From: Pseudomonadota bacterium
GTDB lineage: Bacteria; Desulfobacterota; Binatia; Binatales; Binataceae
Length of the DNA stretch: 64,000 bases
NCBI GenBank assembly: GCA_021325025.1
Contig: JAJPHZ010000007.1
Coordinates: forward strand, 190-64,189
Direction: 5' to 3'
Under the pieces are notes generated by a model. That model saw only the letters and a program-made list of their open reading frames with translations, made no database searches and was not told where the DNA came from. Below are positions 47,093-56,552 of the stretch, piece after piece. Positions within the stretch are counted from its first letter, which is position 1. Every line of letters starts with the position of its first letter. A program made the position numbers and the translations under genes.

Positions 47093-48277
47093 CTACGGAC
47101 CGAAGATCCACATCGGAAAGCCGGGCAGCTGGTCCATCGCCCCCAGGTATCGTCCGGTTTTGGTCGCGAACGATTGAAGCGTCGGTCCGCTGGCCATTCC
47201 GCCCGGTTCCGGCAGCGAGAGCGCAAACAGCCGCGGGTCACGGTCCTGTGTGACATGGATTTCGGCCGCCGGACGCGGCAGCACGATTTTGTCAACACGC
47301 TGCTTGCGCGCCGCGTCATACACCCACACTTCGATGCCGAACTGCTTGTGAGTCCATTCGCCGCCCCGATGCATCAGGACGTAAAACAACCCGCCGGGCG
47401 CGTAGGCGCCAAGCGGTTGGTATCCGCCGGGCCGCCATCCTTGTTTGCGCTCCGCGTCGGTCACCAACGGCCAGGGCTTTTGCGCGGTCGCCGGGTCCGA
47501 TGACCAATCAACCGGATACACCATCGCGTGATAGCTGATGAAATAGGCGGTTTTGCCGAGCATCGCGGGCACGCTGAACACCGGATCCTTTTCGGGATCG
47601 AAAAACGGCTTGGCCATGCGCTTGGCACCCACGGCCTTGCCGCTGTCGTTGAAGTCGATCGTCAACATCGCCCCGTCGCCGCACAGCGATTGCAACCGGC
47701 GCGGGCCCGAAAGCAGCACGCCGGTGCATCCCGCGGTGTCGATTTCTCCCGCCACTTGGTTATTGGCGATGTCGACCACCGTGATCGAGGTCGCCGGCGT
47801 CAGGTTGGCCACCAGCAGCAAGCGCCCGTCAGAGGTCAGCGCCATGGCGGAGCTGTCGGGCGGGATATGCATCTGGCGCTTGGGCGGAATTATCACTTCG
47901 CGCACCGGCGCCAGCCGTCGCGCGTCGTAAGTCGTGACCACGTCGGTGCGATCGCCGCGCGAGCCGCGCGAGTAGAAGGTATCGGCCGTGAAGATGAACT
48001 TGCGATCGCGCGACAGGGCGGCGATGCCCAACAGGCCGCCGGTGAGCATCCCCAGCATCTGCAGCGAGTCGCCGTCAACGATTTCGACTTTGGTTGAGAT
48101 CTCGCTGTCAAGTCCGGCGGGGCTTACGAGGAATACCCAATGCGGCGCGACCGGTCCCAGTTCGCGGACCCGCACACCTTCAGGAGGGGGCGTCTGGGCG
48201 AACGCATTTGCCGCCGCAAGCCAGAGCGCGGCGCACAAAACATTCAGTAAGGTGTGAAATCCGGCGCGCATCCCCAC
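47093..48277 (-). CDS. mauB: TTQ amine dehydrogenase heavy (alpha) chain, MauB/AauB
   Basis: Signal peptide; TFYSRGSRGDRTDVV, NLTPATSITVVD, LCGDG, WRPGGYQ, LMH..HK..VWVYD. Confidence 0.92.
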   Translation of the reverse strand: MGMRAGFHTLLNVLCAALWLAAANAFAQTPPPEGVRVRELGPVAPHWVFLVSPAGLDSEISTKVEIVDGDSLQMLGMLTGGLLGIAALSRDRKFIFTADTFYSRGSRGDRTDVVTTYDARRLAPVREVIIPPKRQMHIPPDSSAMALTSDGRLLLVANLTPATSITVVDIANNQVAGEIDTAGCTGVLLSGPRRLQSLCGDGAMLTIDFNDSGKAVGAKRMAKPFFDPEKDPVFSVPAMLGKTAYFISYHAMVYPVDWSSDPATAQKPWPLVTDAERKQGWRPGGYQPLGAYAPGGLFYVLMHRGGEWTHKQFGIEVWVYDAARKQRVDKIVLPRPAAEIHVTQDRDPRLFALSLPEPGGMASGPTLQSFATKTGRYLGAMDQLPGFPMWIFGP

Positions 48278-48403
48278 TTCTGCCCGCGCGGCCCTTGCGA
48301 CTGCGGTGCACCCTGCGGACCGGCCCCCAGCCGTCCAAACGCGGCGCAGGCAATGAAAGCCTTTCGCCCTGTAGCACTTTTGTAAGAATATTTACAACCG
48401 CGC

Positions 48404-51400
48404 CTAAGTTCTGCCGCCGTCCCGCGTGGGCCGCGCGAGGACAGCGCGCTTGGCGCCCTCGTTGATCAGCAGGGGCAGGATGGAGCCGGCGCCGATCGCC
48501 ACAGTGTCGGCCAGATCGATCGCGGTGATGGCGAGCAGCTTGCGCAGCCACGGCATCACGAACACCGCTACCTGCAACACCAACGAGCCGGCCACCATCA
48601 GCGCCAGGACCGGATTGGATTGCCCCGGCGGACGCTCGAAGAGCGTGAAGCGCTCCGAGCGCGAGGGAATGGCGTGGAGAATCTGTCCGCCCACCAACGC
48701 GGTAAAGCCCAGCGTCCGGGCGCGCGCGCCCGCCCCATGTCTGGCTAAGCCGTAGCCATAGGCGCCCAATGTGCCGGCCGACAAGGTCAGGGATTCGAAG
48801 CCCATACGTCGAAGGTCGGCGGGCCGTACTACGGGTTCGTGCGGATCGCGCGGCGGCTGTTCCATGATGCCGGCTTCGGGCGGTTCCAGCGCCAGTCCCA
48901 GACCGAGCGAGGTTTCCGAGATCAGATTGATCCACAGCAGTTGCATCGGGGTCAGCGGCTGGCCCATCCCGGCAGCGATCGCCGCGAAGGTGACGATCAC
49001 TTCGCTCAGATTGGTGGAGAGCAGAAAATGGACCGCCTTGCGGATGTTGGAATAAATCGTGCGGCCCTGACGCACCGCGGCCAGCATGGTCTCCAGCGCG
49101 TCGTCCTCCAGGATTACGTCGGCGACCTCGCGCGCGATGTCGGTGCCGCTATGGCCCATCGCAACCCCGATGTCCGCCGCCTTGAGCGCCGGGCTGTCGT
49201 TGATGCCGTCGCCGGTCATCGCAACGATCTTGCCGCCGCGCTGCATTGCGCGCACAATCTGCAGCTTGTGCGCGGGACTGACGCGGGCGAACACATCGAC
49301 CTTCCCGGCCAGGCCTTTGAGAACGTCAGGCTCGCGACCGGCCAGTTCGGTGGAGTCGACAATCTCCAGGCGGCTGTTGCGGCTTAAGTTCAACTCGTTG
49401 CCAATCGCCCAGGCGGTGGGGCCCTGATCGCCGGTGATCATCACGGTGTCGATGCCGGCGCGATGAAAGCCGCGGATCACTTCCGCCACACCGCTGCGCA
49501 CGGGATCGGTCAGAGCGGCCAGCCCTAGCCATACCAGTTCCTGCTCCCCGTCAAGCGGTTCGGCCGCATCCTCGCGCCAGGCGCATCCCAGCACGCGCAG
49601 CGCACGCCCCGCCATCCGTTGATTCTCGGCTTCGATTGCGGCGCGATCGGCTGCGGTCAGCTCCACGACACGCCCCGCCTTGAGTTGCCGCGTACACATC
49701 GCCAGTACCTGCTCGGGACTGCCTTTGACGGCGGTCAGAAACCGGCGGGCGCCGGCGCCGTCGGCGATGCGATGCAGTGTGCGCATGAAACTGCGGTCCT
49801 CGGAGCGCAAGCTCACCTTGAGGATCGGATGGCTGCGGCGAATGGCGAGCGCGTCCTCGCCCAGCGCGAGCGCCAGGTTGACCAGCGCATTCTCAGTCGG
49901 GGAGCCGGTCAGGACGTAGGTGCCGTCGCGCCGCTCGATGCGGGTTTCGCTGCACAACACGCATGCCCTGAGCAGGCCGGCGAGTTCGCGCGGCGCTTGC
50001 GCCCCAAGGGGTTGGCCCTCTCCCCACAGCGCGTCGGCGCGCACTTCGAACCTGCGTCCACCGGCGTACAGCTCGACCACGGACATGCGGTTGAGCGTCA
50101 GCGTGCCGGTCTTGTCCAGGCATACCGCGCCCACGCAGCCCAGGGTTTCCACCGCGCCCAGGCGGCGTATCAGCACGTGCTGCTTGCGCATGCGGGCGAT
50201 ACCCAGGGCGAGGATCGTGGTGGCGATGGTGGGTAGGCCCTCGGGCACTGCGGCCACCGCCAACGCAATCGAGGTTTGCAGCATATTGATAAAGGAGTAG
50301 CCGCGCAGCAGGCCGATGCCGAACAGCGCGGCGGACACCGCGCTGACCCCGGCGCCAAGCTGACGCCCCATGTCGTCGAGCTGACGCTGCAGCGGGGTGC
50401 GCGGCGCCTGGGCCGCCGCCGCCAGGGTCTGGATGCGCCCGATCTGGGTCCAGCGTCCGGTCGCGACGACCACCGCAGAGCCTTGCCCGCCGGTCACCAG
50501 CGTGCCCATGTAGACCATGTTGCGGCGGTCGGCCAGCGGCAGTTCATCGGCGGCCAGCGGCGCGACGGTCTTGTACGCCGGCGCGCTTTCGCCGGTCAGC
50601 GTCGATTCGTCGATGCTCAGGCGCTCAGCCTCGATCAGCCGCCCGTCGGCCGCCACGCGGTATCCTGGACGCAGTATCATGATGTCGCCTACCACCACTT
50701 CGTACTCCGGAATTTCCCGCAGCAGGCCGTCGCGCAGGACGGTTGCCGATGAGGTAACCAACCTTCGCAGCGAGTCGATGGTCTTTTGCGCCTGGCTTTC
50801 GGTGGCATAGCCGATCGCGCCGTTGAGCGCGACCACGCCGAGGATCATTGCAGCATCGGCTATCCCGCCGGTCAGGATTGACGCGCCCGCCGCCGCCATC
50901 AGCAGCAGAATCGGCGTCGAGCTGAGTTGATCGAGCAGGATTGCCAACTGCGGGCGCGGCGCCGATTCCGGCAACCGGTTTGCTCCGTATTCTTGCAGTC
51001 GTTGCGCGGCGGTCGAGCCGGAAAGCCCGGTTTGAATCGACGTGCCCAGGCGTTGCGCGACCCCTGACCGGTCCATCGCATGCCACGATTCGTGCGGCGG
51101 CGGTTTCGTGGTGTGCCATCGCCAGCCGGCGCGCGCCGAATCGACATGCGCGGGCGGGATTACCGGAATTTCCAGCCGCCCAAAGCCGTCGAGCGCGCGT
51201 TCGATCAATGCGCTTATCTGTTCGATGCTGCAGTCCGGATCGAATCTGACCAGCACGGTTCCGGTCAGCGCGCTGACGCTGATTAGCCTGATGGCGGGAA
51301 GGCCGGCAAGCCTGCTCTCCAGTATGCGCTTCGCGATCGGCGAGCGATGCAGGCCCGCAACCCTGAAGCGGGCGCGACCTGCGACCGCGCAATGGACGGG

Positions 51401-51463
51401 CACGACGCGGTCGCGCGCGGCCTTGCCGGTGGAGTGCATGGGGATTTTGGCGTCAGCGTTCAT
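48404..51463 (-). CDS. Cation-transporting P-type ATPase (P2A-like) with N-terminal HMA2-like domain
   Basis: TGES, AVPEGL, DKTGT, KGSPE, MITGD, GDGINDSPALK; N-terminal VHCAVAGRARFRV. Confidence 0.93.
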   Translation of the reverse strand: MNADAKIPMHSTGKAARDRVVPVHCAVAGRARFRVAGLHRSPIAKRILESRLAGLPAIRLISVSALTGTVLVRFDPDCSIEQISALIERALDGFGRLEIPVIPPAHVDSARAGWRWHTTKPPPHESWHAMDRSGVAQRLGTSIQTGLSGSTAAQRLQEYGANRLPESAPRPQLAILLDQLSSTPILLLMAAAGASILTGGIADAAMILGVVALNGAIGYATESQAQKTIDSLRRLVTSSATVLRDGLLREIPEYEVVVGDIMILRPGYRVAADGRLIEAERLSIDESTLTGESAPAYKTVAPLAADELPLADRRNMVYMGTLVTGGQGSAVVVATGRWTQIGRIQTLAAAAQAPRTPLQRQLDDMGRQLGAGVSAVSAALFGIGLLRGYSFINMLQTSIALAVAAVPEGLPTIATTILALGIARMRKQHVLIRRLGAVETLGCVGAVCLDKTGTLTLNRMSVVELYAGGRRFEVRADALWGEGQPLGAQAPRELAGLLRACVLCSETRIERRDGTYVLTGSPTENALVNLALALGEDALAIRRSHPILKVSLRSEDRSFMRTLHRIADGAGARRFLTAVKGSPEQVLAMCTRQLKAGRVVELTAADRAAIEAENQRMAGRALRVLGCAWREDAAEPLDGEQELVWLGLAALTDPVRSGVAEVIRGFHRAGIDTVMITGDQGPTAWAIGNELNLSRNSRLEIVDSTELAGREPDVLKGLAGKVDVFARVSPAHKLQIVRAMQRGGKIVAMTGDGINDSPALKAADIGVAMGHSGTDIAREVADVILEDDALETMLAAVRQGRTIYSNIRKAVHFLLSTNLSEVIVTFAAIAAGMGQPLTPMQLLWINLISETSLGLGLALEPPEAGIMEQPPRDPHEPVVRPADLRRMGFESLTLSAGTLGAYGYGLARHGAGARARTLGFTALVGGQILHAIPSRSERFTLFERPPGQSNPVLALMVAGSLVLQVAVFVMPWLRKLLAITAIDLADTVAIGAGSILPLLINEGAKRAVLARPTRDGGRT

Positions 51464-51469
51464 CGTAAA

Positions 51470-52186
51470 TCAGTCCGCCCGCCGGTTGTCCGCCGCGCCC
51501 CGCCACCACAATGGAGAGCTTATCACTAAAGCCGCGGTGATGGTGGGGATCAGCAGTTGGGTGGCGCGCAGGGCCGCCAGATGCTCAAAGCGCGCCGCCG
51601 CCTCAACCAGCATCGAGCCGGCAATCCAGCCCAAAATCCCGGCCGCCGCGGTGAACGCCGCCGGGTAGCGCCGCATCACGCCGGCGACTGCCAGACTGGC
51701 GAGGATGATCGGTGCCGCGCTGAGCAGCACCCCGGCGCTCAGCAGCCAGGGATGCCCGCGTCCGACCGCGGCGACGGCCAGGATGTTGTCCGGGCACATC
51801 ACGAAATACCCGACGATTACGGTCATGATCCAACCCGGCATTTTATGGTCGTGGGTGTCAGGCGCGGCCGGTGGCCAATGGTGTGCCGGGCTGCGCACCA
51901 GCCGCACCGCGATCGCGCCCAGCACCAGGCCGCCGACCAGCGAAACGGCCGGCAGCGTCAGCAGCCGCGCCATGATCAGCGTTGTCACGATCTGCATCAG
52001 CACCGCGGCGCCGATTCCGGCCGCCGATGCGATCCGGCGCTGCGCGACAGCCATCCCGTGGACCGCCATGCCGACGACCACCGCGTTATCGCCGCTGAGC
52101 GCGAGGTTGACGGCGACGATCTCGGCCAGGCAGACGACATCTGCACCAAACCGGCTCACGCGCGCGAAACCCCTGCCGGGCAGCAT
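51470..52186 (-). CDS. TerC/YjbE family membrane protein
   Basis: NLALSGDNAVVV and PDNILAVAAV motifs, multiple TM helices; start uncertain. Confidence 0.82.
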   Translation of the reverse strand: MLPGRGFARVSRFGADVVCLAEIVAVNLALSGDNAVVVGMAVHGMAVAQRRIASAAGIGAAVLMQIVTTLIMARLLTLPAVSLVGGLVLGAIAVRLVRSPAHHWPPAAPDTHDHKMPGWIMTVIVGYFVMCPDNILAVAAVGRGHPWLLSAGVLLSAAPIILASLAVAGVMRRYPAAFTAAAGILGWIAGSMLVEAAARFEHLAALRATQLLIPTITAALVISSPLWWRGAADNRRAD

Positions 52187-52399
52187 GCACGCCGGCGGCC
52201 AATTAGCGCGCGATACACCAAAACAGCCACGCTCATTTCTGTTGTTGTGACGGCCCCCGTTGGCGGGCGCCGATTAAATTTTTCCATATGTAAGGATACA
52301 GAAGGCAACCCACGTCGGCCATTTTTGCATTTCGCGCGGCGCTCTGTTAGACCGATCACATGATTCCCTGCCGCCAGGCGGCGCGGCAAGGGGGGCGAT

Positions 52400-52762
52400 A
52401 TGCAGGGCTGCCAGGTTTGCGATAATCCGCGCCGGCCGGATCTCACCACCAGTCAGATCGAATGGCACAACATGGGTCATCCCGGACTGGAAAGTTTGCG
52501 CAGCAGGGCTGCTTCCACGAAACTGCGCAGCGTGGTGATTATCCGGCCGGGCGATCAGATCCTGTACGAAATCAAGCCCGGGTCGTGGACGCGAATCGAC
52601 GAGCTGGACGTGGCAATTGCGGCCGGACACAGCGTGCACGACCTGGCGGCCACCTGCCGGCGCTGCTCGCGCCTGGTGCTGGAGCGCCGCCGCGGCGCCC
52701 GCGGCTTCTGGGGTGCGTTGCTGGAGCGCATCGCATTGCGCAGACTGCGCAAAGCGGATTGA
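52400..52762 (+). CDS. Hypothetical protein with terminal CxxC pairs
   Basis: AAGGGGG RBS; CQVC at N-terminus and CRRC near C-terminus. Confidence 0.6.
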   Translation: MQGCQVCDNPRRPDLTTSQIEWHNMGHPGLESLRSRAASTKLRSVVIIRPGDQILYEIKPGSWTRIDELDVAIAAGHSVHDLAATCRRCSRLVLERRRGARGFWGALLERIALRRLRKAD

Positions 52763-52771
52763 CAAACTGTT

Positions 52772-52801
52772 TGGACTTCAGCGCGACTGCGGCTTTATAA
52801 T
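52772..52801 (+). promoter_or_regulatory. Putative sigma70 promoter for the SnoaL gene
   Basis: TGGACT(52772)-N18-TATAAT(52796-52801). Confidence 0.35.
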
Positions 52802-52855
52802 CGCAGCGCCCGGCTACTTGCGCCGGGCGCGCATCATGGTGCATCGAGGGAGAAA

Positions 52856-53257
52856 ATGATGGACGCTGCCGCTCAGAAACAACGCGCACTGGCCTTTCTC
52901 GACCAGATGAACCATCCCGATTCGGAGGTGCTGGCCGGCCTTATCAGCGAGGATTTCGAATTCGAGTTCATGATGCGCGCGCCGGGCGTCAAGGTGCAAA
53001 AGCATGATGAGTTTCTCAAGTGGTTTCCCAAAATCATGAAGAGCTGGTTTCCCAACGGGCTGAACATGACCTTCGACACGGTAATCGCGGAGGGACCGAT
53101 GGTCGCGGTGCAGGCGCGGGCCGAGACGCTCGCGGGAAACGGCAAGCGCTACTCCAACCGCTACCACTTCTTCCTGCGCTTCAAGGACGATCGCATCCAA
53201 CAGGCGCGCGAATACAACGACACCAACCACGTGCGCGAGACGTTCTTCCCGGCCTGA
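52856..53257 (+). CDS. SnoaL-like / NTF2 family protein
   Basis: IAEGPMVAV, GKRYSNRYHF, REYNDT..V motifs; GGAG RBS. Confidence 0.88.
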   Translation: MMDAAAQKQRALAFLDQMNHPDSEVLAGLISEDFEFEFMMRAPGVKVQKHDEFLKWFPKIMKSWFPNGLNMTFDTVIAEGPMVAVQARAETLAGNGKRYSNRYHFFLRFKDDRIQQAREYNDTNHVRETFFPA

Positions 53258-53619
53258 ACGCGGTCCGCGAACGGCCCGCATATGACAACGGTTGATACGC
53301 AACCTGTTCGTGGCCGGGATAGACGAGCAGGTCGTCGAAGCCGCGATGCGTGAGCATGACGCGCTCTTCCAGCTCCCAGTCGACCCCCCGAGCTCCAGCG
53401 TCGCTGCGACGAAATCGGTTTTCGGTACATGAGCGGAACGGCTCCCGCGGAAGGGAAAAGACTCTCGGCTGGCTCGCCGCTTGCGACGGGCGCCGCATCG
53501 CAGCCACGGGACCAAAGACAATCGCAGAGCTTTACGCATTGCCTGGAGGCCGCATGATCCCGGACCGTTCATCTATCGGGTTTATTTCCAGTTGAGCCCT
53601 TTGCGGACCGCACCGCGCG

Positions 53620-53862
53620 TCAACCGGGGCGAGCATCTTCGCCACGGGCGGCGGTGAACATCATGTTGATGAATTCGGTGACCTGGCAGCGCGGGCACAT
53701 TACCAGGGGATGGGACTGGTTGCGCTGGTCGCGGCATTCGTCGAAATAGCAACTGCACGCCATCTTAAGCCCGCACCATTCGCATTTGACCGCGTGCAGG
53801 CGGCCGATGTTTTGCGTGATTCGTCGCCGTTCCTCCCTGCGTCTGCGCTTGGCCTTCTTCAT
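53620..53862 (-). CDS. Small basic Cys-rich (zinc-finger-like) protein
   Basis: MKKAKRRRREERRR then CEWC, CSC, C, CPRC in 80 aa. Confidence 0.55.
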   Translation of the reverse strand: MKKAKRRRREERRRITQNIGRLHAVKCEWCGLKMACSCYFDECRDQRNQSHPLVMCPRCQVTEFINMMFTAARGEDARPG

Positions 53863-54053
53863 GGAGCGACGCTATCACGGCAGCGCGACAACCGTTGTCC
53901 TCGAAGCAATCGAGGTGGGTATCTTCCCGCCCGGACGATCCGCGGACCTGGGGAGTTTATGCTGCGGCGGAAATACCGTTGTATCCCGCCGAGCGCCGCC
54001 GCCTTCGGCAGGTCGGCCATTTCCGGCGCATGGCCCGGCGGCTTGCGGCACCC

Positions 54054-55022
54054 TCAGGAGAAGGCCTGGAACACAGCGCGCACGCCGCGGTCGTAGTCGC
54101 CGTCGATTGCCACCGGATAGAGCAGCACGTAGGCGGCGCCGGCCCGCTCGAACTCCTCCAGTTTACGCCGGCAGTCCTGCGCGCTGCCCATCGCCGCCAC
54201 CTCCTCCGCCATCCGATCGGAAACCGCGGCGGCCGCGCCCGCCATGTCGCCCCGGGCGGCCGCGTCCATGATCGCTTCGGCCTCCTTGGCGAATCCCTGG
54301 CGGACAAACAGGCGGTTGTAAAACGGCAACGAGCCGTACATGGCAAGCGTGCTCTTGACCGAGCGCAGCGCCACGGCCCGATCGGAACAGACGCAGCAAT
54401 GCATAATCAGCGCGACTGCGACGTCGGCGGGATTGCGCCCCGCACGCCGAGCCCCGCGCGCGATCCCGTCCACCACTTCCTTAAGCCCGCGCGGGCAATA
54501 GTTGAGCGGCAGACTGCCGTCGGCGATCTCGCCGGTAAGCTCGATGCTTTTGGGCGAGATGCTCGCGATGTACACGGAAATCCTGCCTTCGGCTTTGGGC
54601 GGCGCGAATCCCGGCCGGTTGATTAGCGCCTCGCCCGCAAACGCCTTGCGCAGCGTCGCCACGCAATCGCGCAGCGCGGCCAGCGGCTTGTTCATGCTGA
54701 TGCCGTAGGCGGCGTTGATCGGCTGATGGCTGGTGCCCAATCCGAGCAGCAGACGGCCCGGCGCCAGCGCATCGATCGCCATCGCATGGCCTGCCAGCAG
54801 CGCCGGATGGCGGGTGTATATGTTGGCGATTCCGGTGCCGACCTGGATGCGCGTGGTCACCGAAGCAATATGCTGCGCCACGGCCAATGCGTCGGTGGCC
54901 GGTCCCTCGGTGACCAGAAAGCTGCGCAGACCGATCTGCTCGGCGGTTTTGGCATAGTCCACCAGCCGGTTGAACGACGCTCGGCCGCCGCCGGCCATTA
55001 CCAGGATCCCCGGTGTCTGCAT
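54054..55022 (-). CDS. LLM class (possibly F420-dependent) oxidoreductase
   Basis: GAGGAG RBS; GTGIANIYTRHP, GRLLLGLGTSH, ELTGEIADG. Confidence 0.88.
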   Translation of the reverse strand: MQTPGILVMAGGGRASFNRLVDYAKTAEQIGLRSFLVTEGPATDALAVAQHIASVTTRIQVGTGIANIYTRHPALLAGHAMAIDALAPGRLLLGLGTSHQPINAAYGISMNKPLAALRDCVATLRKAFAGEALINRPGFAPPKAEGRISVYIASISPKSIELTGEIADGSLPLNYCPRGLKEVVDGIARGARRAGRNPADVAVALIMHCCVCSDRAVALRSVKSTLAMYGSLPFYNRLFVRQGFAKEAEAIMDAAARGDMAGAAAAVSDRMAEEVAAMGSAQDCRRKLEEFERAGAAYVLLYPVAIDGDYDRGVRAVFQAFS

Positions 55023-55073
55023 CGGCGTATCCTCCTCGAACTGGCTGTGCGCAGATGCTGCGGCGCATGTGAA

Positions 55074-56321
55074 CTATATGATTCCCTCGCGGGCCAGCGC
55101 GGCGATTTCCTCCGCGCTCAGCCCCAACAGTTCGCCGTAAACCAGGCGATTATCCTGACCCAGCGCGGGCGAGCCGCGCCAGATCCGGCCCGGCGTGGCC
55201 GACATCGGAGGCGCGATACCGGTGCCGCGCACCCGGCCCGCCTCTTCGTCCTCCCATTCGATGTGGATGCCGCGCGCGCGATAATGCGGATTCTCCGCCA
55301 TGTCCTTGCTCGACATCACCTTGGCGCACGGGATGCTCAGGTCGCGCATCGTTGCCAGCACCTGCTCGGAGGTATGGTCGGCCACCCACGCCCGGAACAG
55401 CGCGTCGAACTCCCATCCTTCCGCGGTGCCGACCTTGTAGGTGATTCCCTTCCACTTCTCCTCGTTGGGATCCAGGCCGAGCAGGCGGCAGAGTTTCTCG
55501 CCGTGCGCCGGCAGCGCGGCCGCGATCATCAGCCATCCGTCGCGCGAATGGAAGGTGTCGAGCGGCTGAATAGCGGTGGCGCGATTGCCCACCCGCTCCC
55601 GGATTAGCCCGGTTTCGAAATACTCGAGCATGGTGGGCCCCAGTATTTTGTGAATCACTTCGAACATCGCCACGTCGATCGACTGCCCCTGGCCGGTGGC
55701 CCTGGCGTTCATGATACAGGCCAGCGTCGCCGACAGGGCGCAGAAGGCGCTGATGTAGTCGGCGGTCCACGGCTGCGCCCGCACCGGCGGCTCGGGGTCG
55801 GGGAAGCCCGCCTGATACATCATCCCGCCGAAGGCCTGCGCGGTGGAATCGACGCACGCGCGCGGCACGTAGTCGGGGTCGCCGGTGTGTCCGTAGCCGG
55901 AGATATGGGTGATGACCAGGCGCGGATTGGCCTTGAGGATCGCCGCGTCGTCCAGGCCCCATCGCGCAAACGTGCCCGGCTTGGAGGACTCGATCCAAGC
56001 GTCGGCCTCGCACAATAGTTTGAGGAACAGGTCGCGGCCGCGCGGCTTGGAAGGATCGAGCGTAACGCCCAGCATGTTGCGCCGCTCCTGGATCCAGTTG
56101 GTGGTGACCGGCGGCTTGGAGGGATCCTTGTTGGGCAGCTTGATGCCGGCCAGGCGGTAAGGGTCGCCCTCGCCGGCGCGCTCGACATGTATCACCTCGG
56201 CGCCCCATTCCGCGGCCACTTCGGACGCGAATGGCCCGGCAATAAAAACCCCCGAGGAGATGATCCGCGTTCCGTGAAGGGGACCGAATTTTTCCGCAAT
56301 CAACAATTTCCTGCCGTTCAT
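55074..56321 (-). CDS. Family III CoA-transferase (CaiB/BaiF)
   Basis: KFGPLHG.R...IAGPF....AEWGAEVI.VE, ISGYG.TG, catalytic Asp in TADY, P.LGQDN. Confidence 0.92.
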   Translation of the reverse strand: MNGRKLLIAEKFGPLHGTRIISSGVFIAGPFASEVAAEWGAEVIHVERAGEGDPYRLAGIKLPNKDPSKPPVTTNWIQERRNMLGVTLDPSKPRGRDLFLKLLCEADAWIESSKPGTFARWGLDDAAILKANPRLVITHISGYGHTGDPDYVPRACVDSTAQAFGGMMYQAGFPDPEPPVRAQPWTADYISAFCALSATLACIMNARATGQGQSIDVAMFEVIHKILGPTMLEYFETGLIRERVGNRATAIQPLDTFHSRDGWLMIAAALPAHGEKLCRLLGLDPNEEKWKGITYKVGTAEGWEFDALFRAWVADHTSEQVLATMRDLSIPCAKVMSSKDMAENPHYRARGIHIEWEDEEAGRVRGTGIAPPMSATPGRIWRGSPALGQDNRLVYGELLGLSAEEIAALAREGII

Positions 56322-56552
56322 GCCTGTCCTTGCGATGGCGGGCCGAAAGCCGTCGGGCCGCACGCTCAGTTACCTTTGCCCAGTGCCGGAACCGATGCAA
56401 TCAGCCCAAACGGTGGCGGCAAACTGAGGATCAGGAGCAATGCGGCCCAACCATCCTCTGCGCCGCGGGCAGGGACGTCCGCGCCGCTTCAGATACGACA
56501 AGGGCCGGGGCGCGATGCGATTGCGCATCGCCGCCCCGGCTGCATTGGAGGA

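Noticed and set aside
53258-53619. Possible pseudogene fragment (WELEERVMLTHRGFDDLLVYPG)
   Set aside because: No start or RBS, overlaps the SnoaL gene end, and the similarity is too weak to call.
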